DNA of 64,000 nt from Chthoniobacterales bacterium (GCA_038207335.1 JBBQZX010000004.1:32001-96000); one strand, 5' to 3'; counted from the stretch's first letter, positions 11,902 to 21,752 are shown. The notes: generated from the letters alone by a model not told the origin. Made by a program: numbers and translations.

Positions 11902-12495
11902 ATGAGACAGCGTCCCCTTTTGAAAAGTCAGCCGTCGCGGATGCCGTTCGCCCTGATCGGAATCGCGGCCTTTGCGATCGGCGCCGGGGCGATGTGGCTG
12001 GGCTTGCGCGGCTCGGAGAGCAAGCCGCATCCATCCCCCGCGGTCGTTGCGCCTGTGGCCGAGCCACCGCCGGATGTGAGCGCGCTGCCGCCGGCCAATG
12101 CCGCGCTCTCGCTGGCGAATTGGAACTACGACCGGCAGAATTGGCCGCACGCCATCGATCATTACCAGCAGGCGATCTCGCTGGGCATCGACAATGCCGA
12201 TGTCCGCACCGACCTCGGCAACTGCTTCCGCTTCACCGCCGCGCCGCTGAAGGCCCTGGAGCAATACCAGCTCGCACGGCGACAAAACCCGCAACACGAG
12301 AACAGCCTCTTCAACATCGCCGGGCTCTACGACCAAGTGCTCCACGACCCGGCAAAGGCTGCCGACGCGTGGCGCGAGTATCTGCGACGCTTCCCCACCG
12401 CCGCCGGAGCCGATCGCGCGCGGCAAAGCCTCGGCGAAGCCGAGCTGGGCGAGAAACACCAAGTCGAAGCGCTCAAGCAACTCATCGGCAACTAG
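11902..12495 (+). CDS. Membrane-anchored TPR protein
   Basis: N-terminal TM helix, Pro-rich linker, TPRs ('AIDHYQQAI', 'VRTDLGNCF', 'SLFNIAGLY'). Confidence 0.8.
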   Translation: MRQRPLLKSQPSRMPFALIGIAAFAIGAGAMWLGLRGSESKPHPSPAVVAPVAEPPPDVSALPPANAALSLANWNYDRQNWPHAIDHYQQAISLGIDNADVRTDLGNCFRFTAAPLKALEQYQLARRQNPQHENSLFNIAGLYDQVLHDPAKAADAWREYLRRFPTAAGADRARQSLGEAELGEKHQVEALKQLIGN

Positions 12496-13826
12496 CCCGC
12501 CGCGAGCTCCTCCAGCAGCGCGCGATTCAGCCGGATGCCGGCGAAGAAGTTCTCCAGCGGGAAATTCTCATCCGGGGCGTGCGCGCGACAATCCGGCAGC
12601 GCGAGACCCAGCAGCAGCGTCTCCACCCCGAGGATCTTCTTGAAAGTATTCACGATCGGGATACTCCCCCCCTCCCGGATCAGCGCCACCTCGCGGTCGA
12701 ATGTCCGCCTCAGCGCACGCTGCGCCGCCACCCCATCCGCCGAATGCGGATCACTCGCGTAAGGCTCCGCCGCGTGCCCCCCCGTCATCTCCAGACGCAC
12801 ACTCGGCGGCGTATTCGCCCGCATATGCGCCCGCACCTTCTCCATCACCGCCTCCGGCTCCTGCCCCGGCACCAGCCGGAACGTCAGCTTCGCGAACGCC
12901 TCCCGTGGGATCACCGTCTTCGACCCGTGCCCCTGGAATCCCCCCCCTATCCCATTCACCTCCGCCGTCGGCCGCGCCCAAATCCGCTCCACCCCGCTGA
13001 ACCCCGGCTCACCCGCCAGCTCCGGCACACCCGTCAGCGCCTTCATCTCCGCATCCCCCACCGGCAGCCGCGCCCACGCCTCCCGCTCCCACCCCTCCAG
13101 CGGCGCCACCCCGTCGTAAAACCCCTCCACCGCCACCCGCCCACTCTCCTCGTGCAGCGTCGCCAGCAGCCGCGCCAGCATCGTCGCCGGATTCGCCACC
13201 GCCCCGCCGAAAATCCCCGAGTGCAAGTCCATGGCCGGCCCCGTCACCTTCACCTCCATCGCCCCGATCCCCCGCAGCCCGTAAGTGAACGTCGGTACCC
13301 CCGCCGCGATCATCCCCGTATCCGACACCGCGATCACATCACACCGCAACTCCTCCCGATGCGCCGTCAGGAACTCATCCAAATGCGCGCTCCCGATCTC
13401 CTCCTCTCCCTCGATCACGAAAATCACATTCACCGGCAGCGCCCCCTTCTCCGCCAGCGTCTCCTCCACCCCCAGGATATGCGCGAAAATCTGCCCCTTA
13501 TTATCCGTCGCACCTCGGGCGAAAATCACCCCATCCGCGATCCGCGGCTCAAACGGCGCACTCGTCCACTCCCCCACCGGATCCACCGGCTGCACATCAT
13601 AGTGCCCATAAATCAGCACAGTCCGCAGCCCCTCCCGATGCTCGTTGCGCGCCACCACGATCGGATGCCCCGCCGTCGCGTGCAGCTCCGCGCGCAACCC
13701 GATCTCCACCAACTTCGCCACCAGCCAACCTGCGCAAGCCGCCACATCCCCCCGGCGCGCCGGATCCGTCGAGACACTTGGAAAGCGGAGAAAAGTCAGC
13801 AACTCAGCGACATGAGAATCATTCAT
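12492..13826 (-). CDS. M20-family dipeptidase (ArgE/DapE-like)
   Basis: 'YGHYDVQP', 'ARGATDNKG', 'EGEEEIGS', 'DLHSG', 'HAPDENF'. Confidence 0.93.
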   Translation of the reverse strand: MNDSHVAELLTFLRFPSVSTDPARRGDVAACAGWLVAKLVEIGLRAELHATAGHPIVVARNEHREGLRTVLIYGHYDVQPVDPVGEWTSAPFEPRIADGVIFARGATDNKGQIFAHILGVEETLAEKGALPVNVIFVIEGEEEIGSAHLDEFLTAHREELRCDVIAVSDTGMIAAGVPTFTYGLRGIGAMEVKVTGPAMDLHSGIFGGAVANPATMLARLLATLHEESGRVAVEGFYDGVAPLEGWEREAWARLPVGDAEMKALTGVPELAGEPGFSGVERIWARPTAEVNGIGGGFQGHGSKTVIPREAFAKLTFRLVPGQEPEAVMEKVRAHMRANTPPSVRLEMTGGHAAEPYASDPHSADGVAAQRALRRTFDREVALIREGGSIPIVNTFKKILGVETLLLGLALPDCRAHAPDENFPLENFFAGIRLNRALLEELAAG

Positions 13827-13959
13827 GCCCGGCAGCCTAACCACCAGCGGCCCAGCGGGCAATTTGGACTTCGAGCGCGAACGCCCGCGCCCCCGGTCGC
13901 ACTCGCGACCGGGACACCCATCTCCCGACAGCCCGCCCGCTGCCTCCGGCACAACGCGC

Positions 13960-15783
13960 CTACACCGCGGCGGTCTCCGTCAAGGTGCCGCCCGTGCTGA
14001 TAATCTGCGGGATCATCTCGAAGAAGTTACTCCCGAGAATATCGTTACGCATGTTCGCGCCGTCGCCCGCATCCAGCAGCATCGAGCCGAGGAATGAGAC
14101 TTTCAGGTTCGCGTGGTCGCTGCCATCGCCGATGCGGATTTGATCGGCCCCGATGCCGGTCAGGATCGTCGCGTTGCCGAGCACCGTCGAGGTGCCGAGG
14201 AAGGCCGCGTTGCGCTCGATCCGCAGCTCGTCGGCGCCCGTTCCCGTATCCACCGAGAAGTCCCGCACCCGGAAGTTGTCGATATTCACCACATCCGCCC
14301 CGACGCCCGCATCGAAACTGAAATCGAGCGCCTTGATGTTATCGAGATTCGCGACATCCGCTCCCGCGCCCGTGCCGAGCGTGAATCCTTTCAGGACGTT
14401 GAGTTTCGAGATCGAGACTGTGCTCACGTCTTCGCCAGTCTGCGCGACGAAGGCCTTGGCCACTTGAATATTGGCGATGGTCAGGAAATCGACCGTCGGT
14501 CCCACCATGTCGATCGTCAGGTTGCCGCCAAACTTCAGTCCGTTCGCCAGCCCGGCGCGACTCTGCAGCGTCGTGCTCGATCCGCCAGTGCCGTCCGTGC
14601 CGAGCAGCAGACTCACGTCCCCCGTCACCAGGCCATCGGCGATGATGCTCACCGTATCGTTCAGGCTGCCGCCGGTCACCGTCAGGCTGGCCAGCGCGAG
14701 GGTCACCACGTTCACCTCAAAGGCGCTCGCATCCAGGCCGCCATCCATGCTGGTCGCGCCCTTCACCGACAGGAGCCCGCCCGTCGCCTTCAGACTGTCC
14801 ACACCCACATCCCCCACAAACGAAAGCCCCCCGCCGATGCTCGTCCGTCCGTCGAACATCACCGTGTCATCGCCCGCTCCGCCCGTGATCTGTACGCTCT
14901 TACCGACCGTCGTCACCTTCGACTCCAGGAGAGCCGTGCCGCCGCCGGTGCCGAGATCGATCTTCAGCTCGCCCAGAACCGTGGTCCCCTTCCCGAGGAA
15001 CGTCACATCGCCGGGGCCGACTCCCAGTTTCAGATCCACCACGCCTGGCGTCAGTGCGCTTCCAAATTTGTGATAATCAGCGCCAAAGAGGAAATGATTG
15101 CTCCCCCCGCCCCCGTCGATCGTGACAGTGCCCAGCACCTTCAACGTCGTCCCGAGCGCTTTGAAACTATCGTCTCCACCGTTGCCATTAAAGATGAGCT
15201 GGTGCCGGAAAAGCGCACTATCGCCCGTCACCGCGAGTTCATCGCTCTGAGCGCCGCCTGTCACCGTCACATTCCCATCGACCACAGTCACCGCCGAGCG
15301 CAGCCCTGCCGTGCCGCCGCCACCGAGGTCGATATTCAAAGCGCCGTGGATGGTCGTATGACTGCCAAAGAAATTCACCGATCCCGCCTCCGAGCCCAGA
15401 TCGATGTCCACCCGCCCGCCCACCGTCGTCACGAGATTGGCCGTACTCAGCGCATCCACCCCGGCATTGCCGTGGAAAGTGAACGTCTTGAGCGGCGCCA
15501 GATTACTGACCGCAAACGTGTCGGCCCCGCTGCCGCCCTCGATCAGCACCCCGGTCAGCACCCCGTGAAAGTTCTTCGCCGCCACCCCGGCTGTATCGAT
15601 ATCCGTGGCATTTCCCTGGACGCGGAAAGTATTAAAACCCGTCTTCACGATACTCACATCATGATCCGCCCCATCGGCACCGCTGATCGTCAGCAGGCCG
15701 TGAGAAAAGACAACGTTGACCAGCCCGGCCGGGGCGATGCGCTGTTCGAGGGGTTCGATGGAAGTATGCGTGTAATTATTCAT
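13960..15783 (-). CDS. LEPR-XLL-domain secreted beta-helical repeat protein
   Basis: N-terminal 'IEPLEQRIAPA' motif followed by Gly/Thr/Asp-rich 'GG.G.D' repeats. Confidence 0.8.
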   Translation of the reverse strand: MNNYTHTSIEPLEQRIAPAGLVNVVFSHGLLTISGADGADHDVSIVKTGFNTFRVQGNATDIDTAGVAAKNFHGVLTGVLIEGGSGADTFAVSNLAPLKTFTFHGNAGVDALSTANLVTTVGGRVDIDLGSEAGSVNFFGSHTTIHGALNIDLGGGGTAGLRSAVTVVDGNVTVTGGAQSDELAVTGDSALFRHQLIFNGNGGDDSFKALGTTLKVLGTVTIDGGGGSNHFLFGADYHKFGSALTPGVVDLKLGVGPGDVTFLGKGTTVLGELKIDLGTGGGTALLESKVTTVGKSVQITGGAGDDTVMFDGRTSIGGGLSFVGDVGVDSLKATGGLLSVKGATSMDGGLDASAFEVNVVTLALASLTVTGGSLNDTVSIIADGLVTGDVSLLLGTDGTGGSSTTLQSRAGLANGLKFGGNLTIDMVGPTVDFLTIANIQVAKAFVAQTGEDVSTVSISKLNVLKGFTLGTGAGADVANLDNIKALDFSFDAGVGADVVNIDNFRVRDFSVDTGTGADELRIERNAAFLGTSTVLGNATILTGIGADQIRIGDGSDHANLKVSFLGSMLLDAGDGANMRNDILGSNFFEMIPQIISTGGTLTETAAV

Positions 15784-16095
15784 TAGACCGGGATATTTAA
15801 GCACAGGGGGAGCCACGGACGGATATACCTCAATATACTTTTCCCCCACCTACGCAGCGCCGCTCCCAGTCACGATCGTCACCAGCCTCGCGGCGGGCAA
15901 TTTCCACTTCGTGCGTCAGCGCGCACCACCAGTCCCCATCTACAGACTCGTCTGCTGAATCCCCTGCGCATTCACCCCCCGCGTCCGGTACTCCCACTGC
16001 CCCGGCCCCGGGTGATCCGCCACTCCCACCCCCCATCCCATACTCCCCACATGCAACACATCCTCATGCCAGGCGTCGCTTGCGCGCTCCGAGTA

Positions 16096-16503
16096 ATGAA
16101 AGTTGCTCTCACACTTTTCCTGGCCACGATTTCCCTCGCGCCACTGTCTGCTGGCGAGCCCGACAAGCGAATCGATCCTGTTTCGCCACCCGACATTAAA
16201 GCCGCAGTGATATTCGTCGCGCAGGGGAAGACCTCTTACAGGGAGGGACAACTCGATGCCGCAATGAACGCCTTCACAAAGGCACTCGCTCTTGATCGAA
16301 ACAACAAAGAAGCTCACGAATGGGCTCTTCAAGACCGCTGCCAAGCAGGGTTGGATCATCCCATGGCCAGCTCCCACAACGCCCAACGAAAAGCAGTCTC
16401 CTTCCACACCAACTCCAAAATGACCGCAACGCCAAACCATGCGCTGCGGACCCCTCCATTCGTCCCGCCCCCTGCGTCCGCCACCGCCTTTCCGCAGGAC
16501 TGA
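16096..16503 (+). CDS. Short secreted protein with a single TPR; possibly a truncated remnant
   Basis: Signal peptide 'MKVALTLFLATISLAPLSA', TPR 'QGKTSYREGQLDAAMNAFTKALALDRNNKEAH', then a low-complexity tail. Confidence 0.45.
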   Translation: MKVALTLFLATISLAPLSAGEPDKRIDPVSPPDIKAAVIFVAQGKTSYREGQLDAAMNAFTKALALDRNNKEAHEWALQDRCQAGLDHPMASSHNAQRKAVSFHTNSKMTATPNHALRTPPFVPPPASATAFPQD

Positions 16504-16543
16504 GCGGATGATCCAGGAGGCGAGGAGGTGCAATCTTCACACC

Positions 16544-16579
16544 AAAGAAAAACGCCGCCCCGGATGGCCGGGGCGGCGT
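16544..16579 (-). terminator. Rho-independent terminator of glnII
   Basis: Perfect 12-bp stem ACGCCGCCCCGG/CCGGGGCGGCGT with 4-nt loop, followed by a U-run on the minus strand. Confidence 0.85.
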
Positions 16580-16610
16580 GTGGATTTCTGTCTGCGTTGG
16601 TGGCGGCGAA

Positions 16611-17633
16611 TTACTTCGTCGGCACGGTGGCGATGGTCTGCAGGATGCGGCTCGCGATCTTGTAGGGGTCGCCCTGTGAGTTCGGACGGCGGTCTTCGAG
16701 GTAGCCCTTGTAGCCGGCGTTCACGAAGCTGTGTGGGACGCGGACGGAGGCGCCGCGGTTGGCGATGCCGTAGTTGAACTTGTCGATGGACTGGGTCTCG
16801 TGGAGGCCGGTGAGGCGCAGGTGATTGTCCGGGCCATAGACGGCGATGTGCTCGTTTTTGTATTTGTCGAAGGCGGCCATGAGCGCCTCGAAATACTCTT
16901 TGCCGCCCTTTTCGCGCATGAACTCCGTGGAGAAGTTCGAGTGCATGCCGGAGCCGTTCCAATCGACTTCCAAGCCGAGAGGTTTGCAGTGCCAGTTGAT
17001 GTCGATGCCGTACTGCTCGCAGAGGCGCGAGAGGATGTAGCGGGCGACCCACATCTGGTCGGCGGCGGTGCGGGAGCCTTTGCCGAAGATCTGGAATTCC
17101 CACTGGCCCTTGGCGACTTCGGCGTTGATGCCTTCGTGGTTGATGCCGGCCGCAAGACAGAGGTCGAGGTGCTCTTCGACGATCTGGCGCGCGATGTCGC
17201 CGACGGCGTCGTAGCCGACGCCGGGGTAGTATTTGCCCTGGGGAGGCGGGAAGCCGCCGCCTTTGGGGAAGCCGATGGGCGCGCCGTCCTGATAGAAGAA
17301 GTATTCCTGCTCGAAGCCGAACCATGCGCCGGAATCATCGAGGATGGTCGCGCGGGAATTGCTCGGATGCGGGCTGCCATCGGGCAGCATGACTTCGCTC
17401 ATGACGAGGACGCCATTGACGCGGGTGGTGTCGGGATAGACGGCGACGGGCTTCAGGACGCAGTCGGAGCTGTGGCCCTCGGCTTGGCGGGTCGAGCTGC
17501 CGTCGAAGCCCCAGGCGGGCAGGTCTTCGAGCGTCGGGAAATCGTCGAAGTCTTTGACGAGGGTTTTGCTGCGGAGGTTCGCGACGGGCTCGTAGCCGTC
17601 GAGCCAGATGTATTCCAATTTGTACTTCGCCAT
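16611..17633 (-). CDS. glnII: Glutamine synthetase type II
   Basis: 'KLEYIWLDG', 'WGFDGSST', '[14 protein letters not shown]', '[12 protein letters not shown]', 'RLTGLHET', 'YLEDRRP'; about 340 aa, the GSII length. Confidence 0.93.
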   Translation of the reverse strand: MAKYKLEYIWLDGYEPVANLRSKTLVKDFDDFPTLEDLPAWGFDGSSTRQAEGHSSDCVLKPVAVYPDTTRVNGVLVMSEVMLPDGSPHPSNSRATILDDSGAWFGFEQEYFFYQDGAPIGFPKGGGFPPPQGKYYPGVGYDAVGDIARQIVEEHLDLCLAAGINHEGINAEVAKGQWEFQIFGKGSRTAADQMWVARYILSRLCEQYGIDINWHCKPLGLEVDWNGSGMHSNFSTEFMREKGGKEYFEALMAAFDKYKNEHIAVYGPDNHLRLTGLHETQSIDKFNYGIANRGASVRVPHSFVNAGYKGYLEDRRPNSQGDPYKIASRILQTIATVPTK

Positions 17634-17752
17634 TGATCGGTGGTTGGTGGTGTTTTTGTTTTGTGTGAGCGGCACGCCGGGGGAGCCGCTGGTGTGGATG
17701 AGAGCGGCCCCGATGGTGAAATCGGAGCCGTTTTCGGGCGCGCGAACCGTTT

Positions 17753-17768
17753 AGCAAACCGGATGCCA
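17753..17768 (-). promoter_or_regulatory. Sigma-54 (-24/-12) promoter of glnII
   Basis: Minus strand TGGCATCCGGTTTGCT matches TGGCAC-N5-TTGCW with exact GG-N10-GC spacing, 120 nt upstream of the start codon. Confidence 0.75.
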
Positions 17769-17852
17769 GTTGCCAAGAGCGGCCTGCGGTTCGCCCGCCG
17801 GAGCGCGCGGAACTTGCTCCCGTGGAGCGCAGGCACGACGCTTGATTTTCGC

Positions 17853-18248
17853 ATGAACCAGGTAAAAGACACTCTGCGCTCCACGGTGCGCATCAGCTAC
17901 GACGGGCGGGTTTTTAAAACTTTCCGCGGCCCGAAGGCGGACGAAAGATTTACAAACGAGGTGCGCGTGCTGCGGTATCTGGAGAGCCGCGAATGTCCCT
18001 TTGTGCCCAAACTGCTCGAAACGGATACAGCGCAACTGCGCATCGTGACGTCGAGCTGCGGGACGCGCGTGGATCATCTCGATGAGGCGCGGACGAAGGA
18101 GTTGTTCGCGGAGCTCGAGCAGTTCGGCGTGCGCCACGACGATCCCGACAAGCGGAATGTGACGTATCGCCAGTCGGACGGGCGCTTTTGCCTCGTGGAT
18201 TTCGAGTTCGCCACGATCCTGCCGGACGATGAAAAGCGAGCGAACTGA
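17853..18248 (+). CDS. Minimal (131 aa) kinase-like protein (RIO/Kdo-kinase-like fold)
   Basis: 'VFKTF', 'NEVRVLRYL', 'VPKLL', catalytic-loop-like 'VRHDDPDKRNV' and 'LVDFEFA'. Confidence 0.7.
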   Translation: MNQVKDTLRSTVRISYDGRVFKTFRGPKADERFTNEVRVLRYLESRECPFVPKLLETDTAQLRIVTSSCGTRVDHLDEARTKELFAELEQFGVRHDDPDKRNVTYRQSDGRFCLVDFEFATILPDDEKRAN

Positions 18249-19062
18249 CACCCCGGCGGCGAGCGTGCGCTGGTCGGGGCTCAGCGACCGCGGGCGGGTT
18301 CGGAAGAATAATGAGGACTCGTTTCTCGCGCTGAAGTTCGACGCGCGCGAGGTGCATCTGCTCGGGAAATTCGGCGAGGCTTCGCTGGAAGATAGTGACT
18401 TCGTTTTCGCCGTGAGCGACGGGATCGGCGGCGCGAAGGCGGGGGAATTCGCGAGCCGGATCGCGGTGGAAAAGATCACGCGCCTGCTGCCGAAGTCGTT
18501 CCAGCAAACGGCCATCGGGCTCGATGCGGGCTTCGCCGATGTGCTCACGGAGCTTTACGCGCAGATTCATCGGGCGCTGCATTTTCTCGGAGGCAGTTAC
18601 GAGGAATGCGCGGGCATGGGCGCGACGCTGAGCCTCGGGTGGTTTACGCCGGGCTGGATGTTCTTCGCACACATCGGCGACAGCCGTCTTTATTACCTGC
18701 CCGCCGGTGGCGGCGGGATGCGGCAGATCACGCACGATGACACGCACGTCGGCTGGCTTTTCCGCCACGGAAAACTCAACGAACGCCAAGCGCGCACGCA
18801 TCCGCGAAAGCATCTGCTCCAGCGCGCGCTCGGCTCGGGGCATCAGTTCGTCGAGCCACAGGTTGGCGCGGTCGGGTGCGAAAGTGGTGACCGTTTTTTG
18901 CTCTGCACCGATGGCGTGATCGACGGCCTCTACGACGCGCAAATCCACGAACTCCTCGACTTGCCCGCCGCCGCGGAAAATCCCGCGAAGCTGCTCGTGG
19001 ACACCTCCGTCGCCGCCTCCGGCCGCGACAACACGACCGCGATCATCGTGGAAATCCGCTGA
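18229..19062 (+). CDS. PP2C-family Ser/Thr protein phosphatase
   Basis: 'GRVRKNNEDS', 'AVSDGIGG', 'MGATL', 'AHIGDSRLY', 'LLCTDG', 'GRDNTT'. Confidence 0.93.
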   Translation: MKSERTDTPAASVRWSGLSDRGRVRKNNEDSFLALKFDAREVHLLGKFGEASLEDSDFVFAVSDGIGGAKAGEFASRIAVEKITRLLPKSFQQTAIGLDAGFADVLTELYAQIHRALHFLGGSYEECAGMGATLSLGWFTPGWMFFAHIGDSRLYYLPAGGGGMRQITHDDTHVGWLFRHGKLNERQARTHPRKHLLQRALGSGHQFVEPQVGAVGCESGDRFLLCTDGVIDGLYDAQIHELLDLPAAAENPAKLLVDTSVAASGRDNTTAIIVEIR

Positions 19063-19137
19063 GCGCATCGCGTCGCGGCGATTGCCGCTTTCATCCGCAC
19101 CCGCTCGCCAGTTAAGTCCCGCGCGATTGTCACCGAA

Positions 19138-19926
19138 ATGTTGAATCCCATCCCGGCCATCCGCACCACGCTCTCGCATCTGAGCAGCGTGACGTGGCTG
19201 TTCATCAACACGGTCGAGGAAATGGGCGATTACATCTTCCGCGGGCGCTTCCCATTTCGCCTCTCGATCTTCTTCGGCCAAACCGATCGCGCCGGCGTCG
19301 GCTCCATCCCGCTCGTCGCGCTCGTCTCGTTTTTCATCGGCCTCACGATGGCGCTGCTCACCGGATACCAGCTCCGCACTTTCGGCCAGGAACGGCTCGT
19401 GCCGCCGCTCGTCGCGATCGCCTTCACCCGCGAACTCGGCCCGCTCATGACCGGCATCATGCTCGCCGCCCGCATCGGCGCGGCATTCACCGCGGAGCTC
19501 GGCACCATGACCGTCTCCGAGGAAGTCGAGGCGATCGAGGCGATGGGCATCGGCCCGCTGCGCTTTCTCGTGAGCCCGCGGCTTCTTGCCGTCACGCTCC
19601 TCATGCCGTGCCTCGTCGTCGTGAGCGATGTCACCGCACTGGTCGGCGCCGCGCTCATTTCAAAATGGGCCTTCTCGATCAACTACCAGATTTTCGCCGA
19701 GACTGCGGTCGATAGCCTGCTCATCCGAGACATCGTCACCGGCACTGCGAAGAGCTTTCTCTTCGGCCTCATCATCGGTCTCGTCGCCTGCTACAAAGGC
19801 CTCACCGTGCGCGGCGGCGCGGCGGGCGTCGGGGATTCCACGACCTCCAGCGTCGTCACCGCGATCACCACTGTCATCGCGTTCGATACCGTCATCAATG
19901 TCATCAACGTCGTCGTCACCGGCTGA
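19138..19926 (+). CDS. mlaE: MlaE-family ABC transporter permease
   Basis: 'RELGPLMTGIMLAARIGAAFTAELGTM.VSEEVEA', 'GGAAGVG.STTSSVV'. Confidence 0.9.
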   Translation: MLNPIPAIRTTLSHLSSVTWLFINTVEEMGDYIFRGRFPFRLSIFFGQTDRAGVGSIPLVALVSFFIGLTMALLTGYQLRTFGQERLVPPLVAIAFTRELGPLMTGIMLAARIGAAFTAELGTMTVSEEVEAIEAMGIGPLRFLVSPRLLAVTLLMPCLVVVSDVTALVGAALISKWAFSINYQIFAETAVDSLLIRDIVTGTAKSFLFGLIIGLVACYKGLTVRGGAAGVGDSTTSSVVTAITTVIAFDTVINVINVVVTG

Positions 19927-19929
19927 GCA

Positions 19930-20712
19930 ATGAGTGAAGATCACGACCAGCAGCCCGCCGCCGAACTGAGCGAAGTGCGCCTCGCATTTCCCGACAAGGA
20001 AGTGCTCAGCGGCGTCAATCTCCGCGCCATGCCCGGCGACCGGCTCGTCATCCTCGGCCAGTCCGGCAGTGGAAAAAGCACGATCCTCCGGCTCTTCCTC
20101 GGCATCCTGAAGCCGACCGGCGGCTCGGTGAAAATCAAGGGCCGCGAAGTCTCGAAGATGAGCCGCCTGCGCCTGAATCGCATCCGGCAAAAGATCGGGA
20201 TGGTCTATCAATACAGCGCGCTCATCAGCTCGCTGAACGTCCGCGACAACCTCGCGCTCCCGCTCGAGGAACTCACCGACAAGCCGCAAAACGAGATCGA
20301 CGACATCGTCGATGAAAAGCTCGAACTCGTCGGCATGAAAGACGTGCGAGAGAAAATGCCGAGCGAACTCAGCGGTGGCATGAGAAAGCGCATCGGCCTC
20401 GCGCGGGCTCTGGTGCTTGATCCCGAGCTCATCCTTTACGACGAGCCGAGCGCCGGCCTCGATCCCGTCATCAGCTCCGTCATCGACGAGCTCATCATTT
20501 CGCTCAGCGAAAAAATCAAGGCCACCTCCGTCATCGTGACACACGAGATGGACAGCGCCTTTCGCATCGCGACGAAAATGGCGATGCTCTACCACGGCAA
20601 AATCATCCTCGAAGAAACGCCGGAAAATTTCCGCGAAAGTGACGATCCTGTCGTCTCGCAGTTTGTGAAAGGAGAAGTCGAAGGACCGATCCTCGAGAAA
20701 AGCGACGGCTGA
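19930..20712 (+). CDS. mlaF: MlaF-family ABC ATPase
   Basis: Walker A GQSGSGKS, signature LSGGMRKRIGLARA, 'YDEPSAGLDP'. Confidence 0.9.
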   Translation: MSEDHDQQPAAELSEVRLAFPDKEVLSGVNLRAMPGDRLVILGQSGSGKSTILRLFLGILKPTGGSVKIKGREVSKMSRLRLNRIRQKIGMVYQYSALISSLNVRDNLALPLEELTDKPQNEIDDIVDEKLELVGMKDVREKMPSELSGGMRKRIGLARALVLDPELILYDEPSAGLDPVISSVIDELIISLSEKIKATSVIVTHEMDSAFRIATKMAMLYHGKIILEETPENFRESDDPVVSQFVKGEVEGPILEKSDG

Positions 20713-20741
20713 AAGCCGGCCGCGCACGCAGTTCAAATCTC

Positions 20742-21752
20742 ATGAATATTCGCCGCCAAGAAATCCGCACCGGCCTCCTCGTCGTCCTCTCGCTCGTCGC
20801 GCTCGTCGGCGTCGTTCTCTACCTCGGCGCGCCGGGAGTCTTCGTCCCGCAGCACACGTTCCGCATTTATTTCGATAACGCCGCAGGCATGAAACAAGGC
20901 GCGAGCGTGCTCCTCTCAGGCCGAAAAGTCGGGCAGGTGTCGCAGATTTTCTCACCCGTCCCCGAGGCCGAGCGGCCCGCCGAAAAGTATGAAGTCCTGA
21001 TCGAGGTGAAGGTCCGGGCGACTGCCAAAATTTACAATAAGGTGCGCGTCCAGATGGTCCAGACCAGTCTGCTCGGCGAGACGGTGATCGATTTCAACAA
21101 TGGCCGCGAGGCGCAGGGGCTCGCGCAGGAAGGCGCATATTTCGAAGGCGAGCGCGCGCGCGGCTTGACCGACGCCGTCCCTCAGATTCTGGAAAAGATC
21201 GACCCCGTCATGTCGAAGCTCACGGACACACTCGGCACGCTTCAGACGACTTCCGACAACCTTACCAAGCTTACCGCGCCCGACGCCGACCTCTCGAAAT
21301 CGTTCACCGAACTCAAGCAGTTCGGCGTGCATCTCAACGAACTCAGCGGCCCCGACAGCTCGCTGAGAAAGTCGCTGGCAAATGTGGAGGCGCTCACCGG
21401 CGATGGCGGAAAACTCGACCTCACACTCAGCAATCTCCAAGACGCGACCGGCCCGGACAGCGCGCTCGTGAAAACCTTGAACAACGCGGAAAAGTTCACC
21501 TCCAGCCTCGCCAATAACAAAGACATCGACCGCACGCTCGGCAATTTCCGGCGCGCCTCGGAAAACCTGAATGGCGTCGTGCGCGACCTCGGGCCGCAGT
21601 TCACCGCGATCGGCCACAACCTCGAACAGGCCAGCGCGACCGTGAAGCACCAGCCGTGGCGCCTCATTTGGCCGACCACAAAAAAATATCCCGAGGACCG
21701 CCTCGCCGCCCCCTCAGCCCGCCTCCGAGTGCGCACCGTCTCGGCAAAATAG
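20742..21752 (+). CDS. mlaD: MlaD/MCE-family protein
   Basis: N-terminal TM, MCE motif 'FDNAAGMKQGASVLLSGRKVGQV', long helical C-terminus. Confidence 0.85.
   Translation: MNIRRQEIRTGLLVVLSLVALVGVVLYLGAPGVFVPQHTFRIYFDNAAGMKQGASVLLSGRKVGQVSQIFSPVPEAERPAEKYEVLIEVKVRATAKIYNKVRVQMVQTSLLGETVIDFNNGREAQGLAQEGAYFEGERARGLTDAVPQILEKIDPVMSKLTDTLGTLQTTSDNLTKLTAPDADLSKSFTELKQFGVHLNELSGPDSSLRKSLANVEALTGDGGKLDLTLSNLQDATGPDSALVKTLNNAEKFTSSLANNKDIDRTLGNFRRASENLNGVVRDLGPQFTAIGHNLEQASATVKHQPWRLIWPTTKKYPEDRLAAPSARLRVRTVSAK

Noticed and set aside
10516..14000. Long ORFs 10516-12480 (-) and 11769-14000 (+)
   Set aside because: Shadow or off-frame ORFs over the multicopper oxidase, TPR and dipeptidase genes.
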